A DNA stretch of 64,000 bases from a virus (Duplodnaviria > Caudoviricetes). Positions 23,001 through 29,105 of the stretch are shown here, one piece after another. Location of the stretch: positions 1 through 64,000 of IMG/VR virus record IMGVR_UViG_3300010151_000010; one strand, given 5' to 3'. Both the position numbers and the translations under genes were made by a program. Numbering within the stretch: position 1 is the first letter of the stretch; every line of letters starts with the position of its first letter. The notes below the pieces were generated by a model. It did not search any database, was not told the DNA's origin, and saw only the letters and a program-made list of their open reading frames with translations.

Positions 23001-24867
23001 TGAAACTGCGACATGGACTTATGCAGGCGGTTCGGGACTTTCCAATGCGACTCATCCTACCACATATGTTGGAATTATGGAAAGACAGACCAATTTCACA
23101 GGAATGCTGGCTCAAGACCAAGCGGACTGGCAAGTGCGTTATAGCGACGGTAGAAGGATGACCAGACCCTTTGGGACTCCTGTGAGAACACTAACCAATA
23201 ACGCAGGAACTCAAAGAGACTGGTGGGGAGATGAAGTGGCTATGGACAAAACAAGCCTATCTGAGGCCTCTCAGTATTATCTGGTGGATTGGTGGGGCAA
23301 CGAGCGCGGAGAGGACGTAAGGCGTGCTCCAGTGCGTGGATTCGGCATCAGACCGGCATGGGACTGTGGTGACGCTTATGAGAACGACAGAAGGAATAGC
23401 AGAAGCCCATATCGGAGAATCTGGAATAACGCTAAACCGATTTTCAATATGAAGGGCGTGGCTGACTTATCTAACGGCAATGTGAGCGTGACGACTACGA
23501 TACCGAGATTTGGTGGCACAAACAACGATGTGAATCTACACGCAACTAATACAGGTCATGATTTGGTAGATGTATTTGCGCCAACTCACTCTATGCGTGT
23601 AGGAGATATGGGTAATGGTCGCGGTGTGCGTTATCCAACGCGATTTAATGAGGATGTGCTTACTGAACTTTCGGCTCCTATCCATAAAACGGGTGTAGTC
23701 TTGAGTCATAATACTGCTGAACCTCTCTTCGGAGATGGTTTGCTGAGACCCCGTAACGCTATACTGCAAGCCGATGAAGTCAAGAGGGGGATTAGTGCTA
23801 AATTAGCGATAGACAGTAATGGGTTACTGAAGCCAGAGGCTGTCGCAAGTGATAGAATTGAAGAGTTTGTAGGCGTTTCTCCTCACAAGGATGCAATATC
23901 GAGAACAAGTCCCAGAATTGGAATAGACGCCGAAGTGACTGAAGGAATAGAGCAAAACCACATTGCTATCAATACTGAGGCGCATAGTCTTCATACAGAC
24001 AGAAATGTAGGTCAGCGGGTCATTCTACACGGTGGATTCCAAGTTGGCACTAACACGATAGCCGACGTTGATTATACAGGTGGCGCATTTGGAAGGCAGA
24101 ATAATGGCTCTCCAGTAAGTGCAGTGCATCGCTATTCTCACACTAATGCATTCAGACCCTATGGCGGTTCCTATGTGTTAGATGCAAGTAATTATGCTGG
24201 GTTATTTGATGATACGAATTGGGGAGTGGCTTCATTGACGGGAAGTAATGATACGAGCAATCCATATCAAGATGCAGATGACTACACCTCAAAATCAGTG
24301 AGAAACAACGAAAAAGACAAGAATGTAAAGTTCTTACTTCGACCAATTAGAACCTTAGACTCTAAACATACAGAGGTATATCGCATTCATAATTCAATTG
24401 TTACTGGCACTCCTCAATACGACCAGAATTACCTTTTTGCATCGTCTGGTGGAAAATATGGTCTCTTTACGTATGAAGTTAGTAATGGAAGAGCAGCCAC
24501 TGGGAATCTGGCATCTGGAAGAAGCCTACCGGACGGCAATGGACCCTACTTGCCAGTATTCGTATTCGACCCCACAGGGGCTTTCACGACACCAACGAGT
24601 TTCGGTCCTAAACTACCCGGAACAGAAGTTTCTGGATTCGACAAGGAGAGTCTAAACTCAACAGTGAGTAGATTAGTCATTTCTGATAATACGCTACAAC
24701 ATCATCGTTCCGATGCTCCAAGAAGGCGGCAAGAAGAAGATACAGATGACGAAATGAAGCGAATGGACTTCTCTGTTAAGCCAAGATTTAGTCAAGCGTT
24801 GCATTCTAAGGGGCACAAAGGGGACATTTCATTTAGCATCACGGACCATAGTGGGGATGGAGCATGA
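8029..24867 (+). CDS. Giant 5612-aa virion/tail-tip protein with an N-terminal LamG/ConA-like domain
   Basis: Uninterrupted 16.8-kb ORF; FFFDGVSDSI, IEAWIMP, HVVA...LYVNG, YVGG...FRGVIEAVHL, LLYRFEE LamG motifs; located in the tail operon. Confidence 0.75.
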   Translation: MTVIGRSNHAFFFDGVSDSIIIPEGQFTALGHKTLDGASDVRNILDESPHGHRTLTPSSGKFSNYLVIEAWIMPDCGGTVIEKEGQFKLTVGNVDTPGPAVFEVFLKDGVSTQRFQLSTATKQSTRYEGTVYPSSSYGGIHDSYNRFTGLTYDDATDLNRNHRPLLHVVAAVKSTAIELYVNGSIVVSKDIKDTNFTLAKSNAHVYVGGKGGQFRGVIEAVHLNGGLKNTHITGNTPLPDGSTQLLYRFEEPISPIEGIYNITNIATNGTQVGGQSVTISQITLSDAEATALAKKLTGLSTVSGNYAFTSSPYSNGDYEITQSTSSGTTMRKIPHVPYNILVNPGSINPNTKIPNQTPPERLRLHNINVDTNTCLVSSIHLDFAATPTSGIRGMLHTSRSTDVDNHFVVIGADLLIDSGTGKPYQPPHFSSQIVDRTGQMVIDEGIFESHGFVYSSRMATTTSDPDNPYAVVWPTSLDAAFQIGHSGRHTLNHVDGHEFLRILPRANDEIIDQQIDGSADIIDIMYDDAQKGVDKQISVNSRVDVYREAGNFKINDVVNSSTVTAAFNSYHNTSSPPAGKKKLIAIGGPNFDFTPFMLKGPVPAWKGTFNDETRKFHLRPSKESRVALLHVPQLSSTNVKFAPYVEIHYNAVDLTGASMSGTTQPLLMVEKTVPASDVATGGGSYIYDAIINAIGSGKTLYSPGGYIDIAAIAELSLNSLAMPHSMIGDVSEGYSADDELDDSLTPYRFTDGVGAVNFTPRADADSIQNSPPKVIVESVSSTGTHESVFNRIALNKVEQKVNLTDKGLYSRVEPHTTADSPSAGEFDTATASSSTPIHEVFDIIDNIEIVDSPTSDTRIIIQPSDRRRTNQLTNVKSLVSTSDDANTASLMYLMSRARVRSIEETEGEGQNFTTIRCIGLSEAATSRSINEIGRGSPDSHIVKEIEPNSPVVTVTLGGPGQGAMDTKPTNQPSILAHEPYSSRRAFAAMAHKLVANFSNGADVLHVKAINNESADMQSWGTYGFPRYGRVYLADGSSGKYDSKNGTTFTFSLGALGSGDFVSSSGVEYTSMARLLNATGFLKGETSGTPTLEGIFTVYNEPDFGEQSRIENGSTVNDRMFQSMSDVSHDYQLGTQYASTRALAEIPFFSHQFFDSGVGPDNGFKIHIDATHTAHTWNPSPVGRRLKDVMPADREAQSAYSHALANREYINSTFITKWDASNKRLYVNDINVFPDATTSTGTYRGVTTAYRYRKVWLGNGEWAWYSGVNTGDKYLTIVDAEYGHTSNFLDGLDVGTPVFAGGIGFDDTLSPLASDEFTPSSDFEGRSEYYYDAASVKTQGGNVDYGLRQYASAVEFKAGPESNPHAAHMETKRATTTVLSATEYSLGTLLKAIVITVPDEDFSKFPSLGYDEMQNMPIGTGTLRYSVQYDDGTNVFDYQYHGHLKKLPLSPTVDIPENGLVLVYLQTTPLYPASLNGKKITLAKKCRDVISSNMTTALTTTSQMHPLWSELNDNLMIDTNIVITAQAANSSAPYTIEITNQTGKNVNDLHGLNVKKDDILYYKTTANVIHKIGTVTKVTEALANDKQTITLSAATPIIPANAKLAVRIGDYEDKDAILNAKWLNPYAPGGLRNGDTVWANMSYNNPHAVEGLFAKSRGVLNEAQVWKEFNGGKGDLDTTNPRDSIPLENFLIGNTCLETARNYVQHVNRTVEENYKALGLTAAQAPTVAYVDPYLAEDGHARVLLYDTAHDREFVAFQDIHMQVQSSAQAAEIGWPKEVVEDGGTSRSRLDKITATYNGSGPSPWTTQIDVANGFLSQNPYIRGTQQSKFIESAYAHDLANRHTLDLLESSTYRDSPIASGVLINKPLNPTYYSAGYTGAMVVDGVDATTVYSVGDTLFSSVGAIAGLITAISPTSITVGGGIAVQLANNQNLQSNVNLTLPDDGRKIAGARLYGKAHGHHVHTGYSFGGTVSGLSVDNSVTSRTNDSVALYKVADGYHSFTRIPVDSFDTFTNELVRLRNGTTNCSFRDPSTFFDTPDGTRVIPAFLCLKGIRSTTLDLSSHEESRLQHLPQWKDMDFVRRLTIDCGEVAQKDGVVNTEAAAQEIVRLINQHAALNARYTDGSAHDPAPFWHTDNNDRGTHMGYIRAHIGREVQDLNGDTGYTVVIHSTVPGATGRNFCTWLDNSTGQHPYQPQFLIGHGGRWRNFWALPEEGEGENMHPAPLPLNKHGRPFAPITTLQQYITAEESGEEVRSVAEFEEDSVLRAVSDTVSGKNHNTINNESFSLKGSSSTLVKGLRVGSRATSRINFGGLVASGVPGWAPDAGIWGFGKIGDTKFNKRYGSSSVTSYSSHVPTVDKLSDAIGSGQLYGFRLKDNVGSESGLRFVYRKMGDSFANENTTLPSTIEEEVCVFFDDRDVAQGGFTVGNHMHGTGDATGRMDFGVLSIESSSWKGARWRGVHAPSIAAYVGTAVSGTKMTITFPAPFDAAFSDDKLGYLGFPRENGLIQISDIDGDGDADVGLTLSYTRRDGNVFYGITGLPSWTDTNYLITPVLNWTTLVTDELMAAVTAAAINAGREVNTEDGHIFDCTEMYAADGRTFGEWGVSENAVRIRAYNTQKPVIPLNEAFSATLHRDFGIQAAHLEFGEVKKVTRPTGTADWDFDTGSNYATSRAVTDALIDDSRGIDCGYIPYTLLQIRSFARGPHANTATPNLVDSKNTPVNINEWRENLKGIRYTRSSGDHILPHIDTPHSVLNMGWTAIPTTPNLVTDYAAGYPIGWTDAIAIDTGNSANIAVGDIVATNNGKVVGEVTVVNGTASFTIGGGTQTSLPDGSIINKRLTGSAGGVGWLTSATLGAAMFHFMIPAGNDSGNIPSFGEKKKVWLNEKDSLFAESKRGATSSTVLSWDIENAEGNITRDAPYWNNLLSLSNNRDFDGLRSIGSVFSEPVVYFRGGKSSSDHSVPLYFGGGFSGVTLDVNDGTNNDYSTFYTHPYANGPTGVAGIQNANEISTSFAMMDCNAMFAFFPGAALCNQHRGSINPPAFNRDNILSPDLGRGGSLYASTGEIKAKPVPLVLRFTHPTARYEDHVDGVDIDNKTTYIIFGPGQAFPFTQEVADAASGHNTLEPFSGRIIYTGNSWASVPSLGGSNNKFPNSIVNDQGKYRPHSKSYYNATAGFHWKAMVNWETPAGYCWKNSANSGSAGLFQRPEHGRMYGQLLNDDSIHNAEDFEQVHPKMHVPLIGYGITMGADTVFHMDGGFHAGGSWLDNQFTFNPVHPKKNTRITGGNSSSTWTRDNQIHPTAFRVAGPLMATIQDYIGSSTDFSIGNTKNEYILIDGTRCQNGEELATVVGAAINAFPGAGALKSMGGTHMPSMGNAMRQDRYGWVDLGTVGSYNHSTYPQYVESAVNASQTLLEQIPASGWLRVNTDDDSEGDSVDPGWAVYHSRDVIASGGDWKVRFHLAPNAIRGQTVFEYDTTWANHKASNANSNPTTLSGNLYVWSKAGIMQFNNEDVSARDHMTQVHFSGIVDAIDRTRPVGVAGWHGERYSYLNSLKISTSVTKNDSTTTATGYAAGLGAYHSMLGFSPYGSAGSVMSTYGTVPVVAPMRHSPESTPTINGAGDNLDTYITKASLYTNYTLDANGRTPANGQGYFKDTDTTDNSNQWAKPTNYEISTTLPKELSLPQGLYSNAFLVVSYNSESSLIAKFDRDAITATGDWLHVKGEGTDPIHYAGTTLWDERFHGQDRFIAPANAGPNVEALIVDNTTVPTIANALADNSSDAPFNGDVGTYFHGAVSDDLNLKNATPGRAKTGDLLFDLDYSVGSVLLESEDAERNVSDNHQDMDGTGYSYTASGNYPNEYWMGDVNAFDMYKNSAAKNFSVEHIVWKRMDGGNLSLPTINARGLGAVPWMTRVKNNTAYTTGEKLYGNVRFTFETTNSAMLPVLQAQELAHPELMRKHPYKMGNVLTIPNEEIQFQSITVTDDAGQTHKIEGGSPLGTIIRGFRTPENRGVEGNGPALANSGKTPNLKVQLPNPDSIPGNIVVRSGFDPLQAYQNETMGTGGMIHPDLGADTIGHLFDNSVVGPRKGPTYEDHNWERIDPITFDSEVGAWVNNEPLHTSYELHDRTLFFHVCKMGHSHTHRYPTIYSHTNGVVNDSVSVTQTLGANNWNAETGVLTIDGALNTEVFNAGFGTKEAKDGRKFLRVYNPITDEGVVCSYLAENDTTMEIVGDVDFTAFMAENTTTALKVVPSYYIPGGSTRFFASRRLRDHAEVSGNSPDMAHTRYFASDTIAYNAYSKPKMTPMPYPRMGHHFITPTMPMLPGHWAHPAYQSLYNRHLADYNMSVGFTDSARFDEHTTAINKKSGINNSMVTQYGGTESTSLQDNTHPMDAEINFSGINAAPSGPSDIHGGAFTLMFETGLKYDGYGVLASAGSLAGAVNKAGGHSIVLEAAANYTLAKHFPDPAEVGAYQIIIQPNLFNNQLVGFHNNITTELTSQQVNTVIGINESTAKGGLTLVLAKATQADVRGCEVFINEAMLDVNPDFGSQFTNTPPLMLHNAHGIQMTESPAFTRRGFPYSTMFSDSSPGHTLHIPWWSILHKNGVPASNFRKLSQYAPDDYFMYSRNGFGSIGNQQTINGYTSTYLDIYSKLQQIVSLNPKCIVESFNTGGTITVDNANLFPLTSHYAQEIEYTAKNGDIYSKPYTKRSGNDAANVNVPNTIYLAAKSGADNFWDNIYDGAELRLSHSYNTLSASKLLTDRKKSVFANILPDIVNGNRDTYSSHIPDAFLCMWHPNLGRPNTYFSDSRTTWGSVAVDKASYNSMPEHFETIHYHDFTHAMSAGPFDFLIMTPNISKTGETVAATTGTDHQAGGTDVMLSGFWPCGSRGGPHVSKLDLFSYASASWNVHNHSDGNPNFTSSDLREWVDSDDDGSYSVSSGITTAAMGSSRRKPYGYRNAIRQACNRPTYGLSPTRAVYEASPTGSGIKTLDYDAGPLVQTETATWTYAGGSGLSNATHPTTYVGIMERQTNFTGMLAQDQADWQVRYSDGRRMTRPFGTPVRTLTNNAGTQRDWWGDEVAMDKTSLSEASQYYLVDWWGNERGEDVRRAPVRGFGIRPAWDCGDAYENDRRNSRSPYRRIWNNAKPIFNMKGVADLSNGNVSVTTTIPRFGGTNNDVNLHATNTGHDLVDVFAPTHSMRVGDMGNGRGVRYPTRFNEDVLTELSAPIHKTGVVLSHNTAEPLFGDGLLRPRNAILQADEVKRGISAKLAIDSNGLLKPEAVASDRIEEFVGVSPHKDAISRTSPRIGIDAEVTEGIEQNHIAINTEAHSLHTDRNVGQRVILHGGFQVGTNTIADVDYTGGAFGRQNNGSPVSAVHRYSHTNAFRPYGGSYVLDASNYAGLFDDTNWGVASLTGSNDTSNPYQDADDYTSKSVRNNEKDKNVKFLLRPIRTLDSKHTEVYRIHNSIVTGTPQYDQNYLFASSGGKYGLFTYEVSNGRAATGNLASGRSLPDGNGPYLPVFVFDPTGAFTTPTSFGPKLPGTEVSGFDKESLNSTVSRLVISDNTLQHHRSDAPRRRQEEDTDDEMKRMDFSVKPRFSQALHSKGHKGDISFSITDHSGDGA

Positions 24868-26309
24868 CGCTAATACAATCTTCCGTTGGTCGTTTCGATA
24901 CCACTCTTACTTCAGTAATGAACGATGTTAGACAGCCCGTATTCGTAGATAACGCAGTTCATTATGCTAAGATTCAGCCTCAAAGTAGCAATAAGAGCAA
25001 AATTACAATTGAGACAAGGAATGCTCAGAACTACGATTTAGCGACAGAAAAGACCTACACATTTGTAGAATCAGAATCTGGTATGCATATCACTCATAAC
25101 GAAACAGATGGGCATTCATTGAAAGGCACTATCTGGACAGGAAAAGGGAAAGACACGCCTACATCTCTGATGTATGGTGTGAATAAGCCGTCGAATAGAA
25201 TCATAGGAGGTAGTAATGAAAGTACGACTTCTGGAGTAAGGGTGAATGTAAGGAACCTGAAAGGTAACACATTGAAGGATTTAGGATTCAATGAAGAAAC
25301 ACTGCGCTTTGGTCAAATTATAGATGTGGGGTTGAGAACAACGGATTTGGCAATGAAACTGGGTAATTCTATCACTGGCACCGTCACTGCTGTGACGATA
25401 GGCGATTCGCCTACAATAGCGAACTTGGGTAAAAATAGAAGAAAGGTAAGCAATACGTATCTTGCTGCAGATTTCAATGGTGTTAATCTGCTATCTGCAT
25501 TGAGATTCATCTCTCGTCATGATAACAGGATTTCGATATTCAATCGCTATGGCGCGCTACAATACGTGCCATTCAACTTTTCAAACGGAATTAAACAACT
25601 AAACCCGCAATTTAGAAGTGGAAGTGAAGATAAGAGTCCAGTGGAAAATACAGAGAATCGAATTACTGTTCAAGGCGAGGCCATTGCTCTGAATGAGAAA
25701 TTGATACTCACTATGGACGATGGCGCAAGACAGCAGGGTAAGTTCGATACGGACATTCTCGAAAACACCACACCAATATACGATGCGTCGATAAGCAGTG
25801 TGCAGAGTGCAAAGAAGGTCGCAAGACAGATATTGAAGGCAAACTCAATTATGAGAGGGGCTATTGTAACAAATGGACATCCAGATGCTTGGGATTTGAG
25901 ACCGGGTAGTGTAGTTGAATACGGCAACAATATGTATGTAGTAATGGAATCAAAGCATAAGTTGAGCGATAGGATGAGTGATTTCACATTCTTAACATTA
26001 GATACTGGCATAGAGGGCGTATTGCAGAGTATCACGAAAGGCAGCATCTCAAGAGGCTCAATTGAGAATCCAGATAAGAGTAGTCAGATTGTGGATGAGA
26101 ATCTTTCCTTCTTTGATTCATTGGATGTTTTCATAACGCCGATAATCACATTAAGACAAGTGTCGTCTTCTGGCCTCATAATTGGAAAAAATGCAAATAG
26201 AAGAGGGGTTGGAGGCGCAAACACCATCAATGATGGCATTACAACATATACCATCAAGCCTACAGGCTTGAACAAGAGTGCCGTAGTAATCATGCGAGGT
26301 GAAAGTTAA
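24864..26309 (+). CDS. Putative baseplate hub/Tal-like protein
   Basis: LLSALRFISR..FNRYG, NRITVQG, A..VARQIL, G.P...LRPG.VV hub-like pattern. Confidence 0.55.
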   Translation: MTLIQSSVGRFDTTLTSVMNDVRQPVFVDNAVHYAKIQPQSSNKSKITIETRNAQNYDLATEKTYTFVESESGMHITHNETDGHSLKGTIWTGKGKDTPTSLMYGVNKPSNRIIGGSNESTTSGVRVNVRNLKGNTLKDLGFNEETLRFGQIIDVGLRTTDLAMKLGNSITGTVTAVTIGDSPTIANLGKNRRKVSNTYLAADFNGVNLLSALRFISRHDNRISIFNRYGALQYVPFNFSNGIKQLNPQFRSGSEDKSPVENTENRITVQGEAIALNEKLILTMDDGARQQGKFDTDILENTTPIYDASISSVQSAKKVARQILKANSIMRGAIVTNGHPDAWDLRPGSVVEYGNNMYVVMESKHKLSDRMSDFTFLTLDTGIEGVLQSITKGSISRGSIENPDKSSQIVDENLSFFDSLDVFITPIITLRQVSSSGLIIGKNANRRGVGGANTINDGITTYTIKPTGLNKSAVVIMRGES

Positions 26310-26653
26310 TGCCAGCGAACGACCATTTGAAGAGATTGATGATTGATACGATTGCATCGAACATCAATGAGATGGTAATAGGATTCGATGGTACTCCGGC
26401 AACATCCAGTGATGGCTCTGCAGGTCGTCCTGCCGTTACCATCATTCCAACGGTAAAAGTGATTGATAATGCGACGCTTCTTGTCGAAGGAACACTCAGC
26501 ACAGCCGATACATTCGATGAGACTTTGAAGGAAGTCTATGTCCAGTTACGCGGAGCGAGCGGTTTCACACCCATCACAAGGCATGTTTTCAGGCCAATAG
26601 TGAAAAGTGCAAATAACGAAATGAAGATTCAATTAGTAGTAGAGGTGAAGTGA
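26309..26653 (+). CDS. Small baseplate/fibre-attachment protein
   Basis: 114 aa; IG.DGT, KEV.V, TRHVF.P..KS pattern; precedes the fibre genes. Confidence 0.5.
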   Translation: MPANDHLKRLMIDTIASNINEMVIGFDGTPATSSDGSAGRPAVTIIPTVKVIDNATLLVEGTLSTADTFDETLKEVYVQLRGASGFTPITRHVFRPIVKSANNEMKIQLVVEVK

Positions 26654-26657
26654 GTAA

Positions 26658-29093
26658 ATGGGCGATAATGCGAAATCTGGACATACAACGGGTCTAACAG
26701 ATGGAGACTACATACTCTCTCCATCTTTTACTAATCTCTATGAGGGGCTTCATGGTAATGGAATCTTAGCATTAGAAGACGGGGCAGTAGGAGACGGTGA
26801 TAGAAATACACCTGCGGATATGCCCGGCGCTATTTCTGCTTCAACCAATGTATTGACGATTAAGGGTGGGTATGCTGTCATTGATGGCATCGTAGTAGCA
26901 TTCGGAGGAGGGTACGATAGCAATGCACCCGATGATTATACAGTAACGCTTGAAGATAGTCGTATAGAGGGGAACCAATCTGCCTTAACAACTGGTCAGT
27001 CTGTCCTTTTGGTAGTCTATGTCTGCTCTGATGGAGGTAGTACGAAGAAGAACATCTATGTAGAAATGGGCACTCCTGTGTCAAGCGGTTATCCTGTAAC
27101 TCCAGAAGGATTCCTTTCCGACCCCAATAGTTCACTCGTGTCTAAGCAAACTACGGTTCTTGGGATAGTGAAATGTGTTTATTCCAGTGGCACAGGCGAT
27201 TTGGATATGACTACAGCCGGAGGAGAGATACTCGATAGGCGAACATTCCTTCGTCCATCGCCAATTTACATGACTCCCGTAAGCACAGGCGCAGTAGGAG
27301 CCACTGTTACGGATTCAAATCGCGTTGATATGCATACTGACTTAGATGGTATTCACGGAGGTGGAGATGAAAATGGCGCACTGACTAACAGCGAGTTAGG
27401 CGCTCTATGGATGTCTTACAGTAATGCTGGGGATAACGTGCTTTACTTCAGCGGTAAGCAGGGCGGTGCACGAAGGTCATACAGACTCGGTCCAGACAAA
27501 CTCAGCACGAGCAATGCTTCGCAGACTTTCAGATTCGATGGGCCAAACTTCTTTCATGCTACGCCTACTGGTAACATCACACTAACGCCAAGTGGCACAT
27601 TTCCTCCAAGTCATACGGTGACAGTAAACAACGCTGCTTCTGCTACTCACAATATAGCATTCGACCCGTCTGGTATCAATTCCACCGTTGGTCCTGCGTC
27701 AGCAGCAGTATTTGCATACAACGGCAGCGCATGGGTCAAGATATTCGCATCAAGTAGTAGTTCGAGCGCTTCGGGTGGCTCTACTGGTGATGTTCAATAT
27801 AATGATGGGTCAAGCGGATTCTCTGGCGAAGGGGTATTCACCTACAATGCTGGAACGAACACTCTTACTGTAGGCGTAGTATCAACAGCAGGCCTCATTA
27901 GTGCGCCTACGGGTGTGCAATTTGGCACTGGCACGGCTACTAATCCGGGTTCAGCAACTACGCTATGGCGCGATTCCGATGATTCAAGATTATACTTCAA
28001 TACCTCAAAGGTGCTTCTTGATGGGGATTCCATAGCCACCAATTTGAATGCTCTTTCTGCTGCTGCTGTGGATGTCGCCGCCGATTCGATTGGATTCATT
28101 GACGCTAACGACTCAAATAATTCCAAGAAAGAATCTATCGCTGATTTGGCTACTGCTATGGCTGGCACAGGCATTTCAGCATCCAGTGGTGTTTTGAATC
28201 TCGATGCCGCCCAAACGGGCATTACGTCAATAGGTCCAGCGAGTGGAACGCTTACTGTAAGCGACGACCTCACAGTCACTGGTGATTTAATTGTCAGTGG
28301 AGCGACTACTACATTGAACGTGGCTACGATAGACGTGGCGGATAAAAACATCAATCTCGGTAGTGGCTTAGGAAACGACGCTGCCGTAGATGGAGGAGGT
28401 ATCACTCTTGAATCATCGAGTGGCACTGGGGATAAGACGATAGCATGGGTTGATGCCAATGATGCTTGGACATTCAATCAGCATATTTACCCAAGTGCAG
28501 ATAGTGCGCTGAACTTAGGTTCTAACACCATCAGATTCGCCACTGGGTATCTCGATGCACTTACTACTGGCACCATCACTGGAAGCGGAGATGTTACAAT
28601 CGACACGAATGTGCTCAAAGTAGATACTGCCGGAGATAAAGTCGGTATACTCCAAGCCTCCCCAGAGGCCACATTCCAAGTAAAGGAGACTGGTTTTGGA
28701 TACGGTAGTGGGACTCTTGCAGCAGGTTCTAACAATGGCTCCACAGTAGTCAATGATGGGACTTCATCTACTGGAATCGTACTCTTTCATAGTCAGAAGT
28801 TCAGAGCAGGAAAACTGCTTGTCGAAGTGGCTAATGAGGGAGATGACCCTGATTTCTCTACTGGTAGAATATACGAAACTGCAGAAATGGTCATCACACA
28901 CAATGGGCGGTCAAATGCGGCTGCTACAGAAGCATATCTCACTACATATGGCGTAGTTACAAGCGGCGGAGGCACACTCCAAGGCGCATATAACGTCGCT
29001 ATCGTGAGTGGAAATGTTGAATTACAGGTTACACCTACGGTGAGCAGCGATGACATCACCGTGCGCGTCTCTTGGCAAGCAATGACAATATGA
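26658..29093 (+). CDS. Tail fibre protein 1 (proximal)
   Basis: G/S/T-rich; GDVQYN, LTVTGDLIVSG and GGGITL fibre modules; C-terminal FRAGKLLVEV domain. Confidence 0.7.
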   Translation: MGDNAKSGHTTGLTDGDYILSPSFTNLYEGLHGNGILALEDGAVGDGDRNTPADMPGAISASTNVLTIKGGYAVIDGIVVAFGGGYDSNAPDDYTVTLEDSRIEGNQSALTTGQSVLLVVYVCSDGGSTKKNIYVEMGTPVSSGYPVTPEGFLSDPNSSLVSKQTTVLGIVKCVYSSGTGDLDMTTAGGEILDRRTFLRPSPIYMTPVSTGAVGATVTDSNRVDMHTDLDGIHGGGDENGALTNSELGALWMSYSNAGDNVLYFSGKQGGARRSYRLGPDKLSTSNASQTFRFDGPNFFHATPTGNITLTPSGTFPPSHTVTVNNAASATHNIAFDPSGINSTVGPASAAVFAYNGSAWVKIFASSSSSSASGGSTGDVQYNDGSSGFSGEGVFTYNAGTNTLTVGVVSTAGLISAPTGVQFGTGTATNPGSATTLWRDSDDSRLYFNTSKVLLDGDSIATNLNALSAAAVDVAADSIGFIDANDSNNSKKESIADLATAMAGTGISASSGVLNLDAAQTGITSIGPASGTLTVSDDLTVTGDLIVSGATTTLNVATIDVADKNINLGSGLGNDAAVDGGGITLESSSGTGDKTIAWVDANDAWTFNQHIYPSADSALNLGSNTIRFATGYLDALTTGTITGSGDVTIDTNVLKVDTAGDKVGILQASPEATFQVKETGFGYGSGTLAAGSNNGSTVVNDGTSSTGIVLFHSQKFRAGKLLVEVANEGDDPDFSTGRIYETAEMVITHNGRSNAAATEAYLTTYGVVTSGGGTLQGAYNVAIVSGNVELQVTPTVSSDDITVRVSWQAMTI

Positions 29094-29105
29094 GAGGGAT
29101 AGAAA

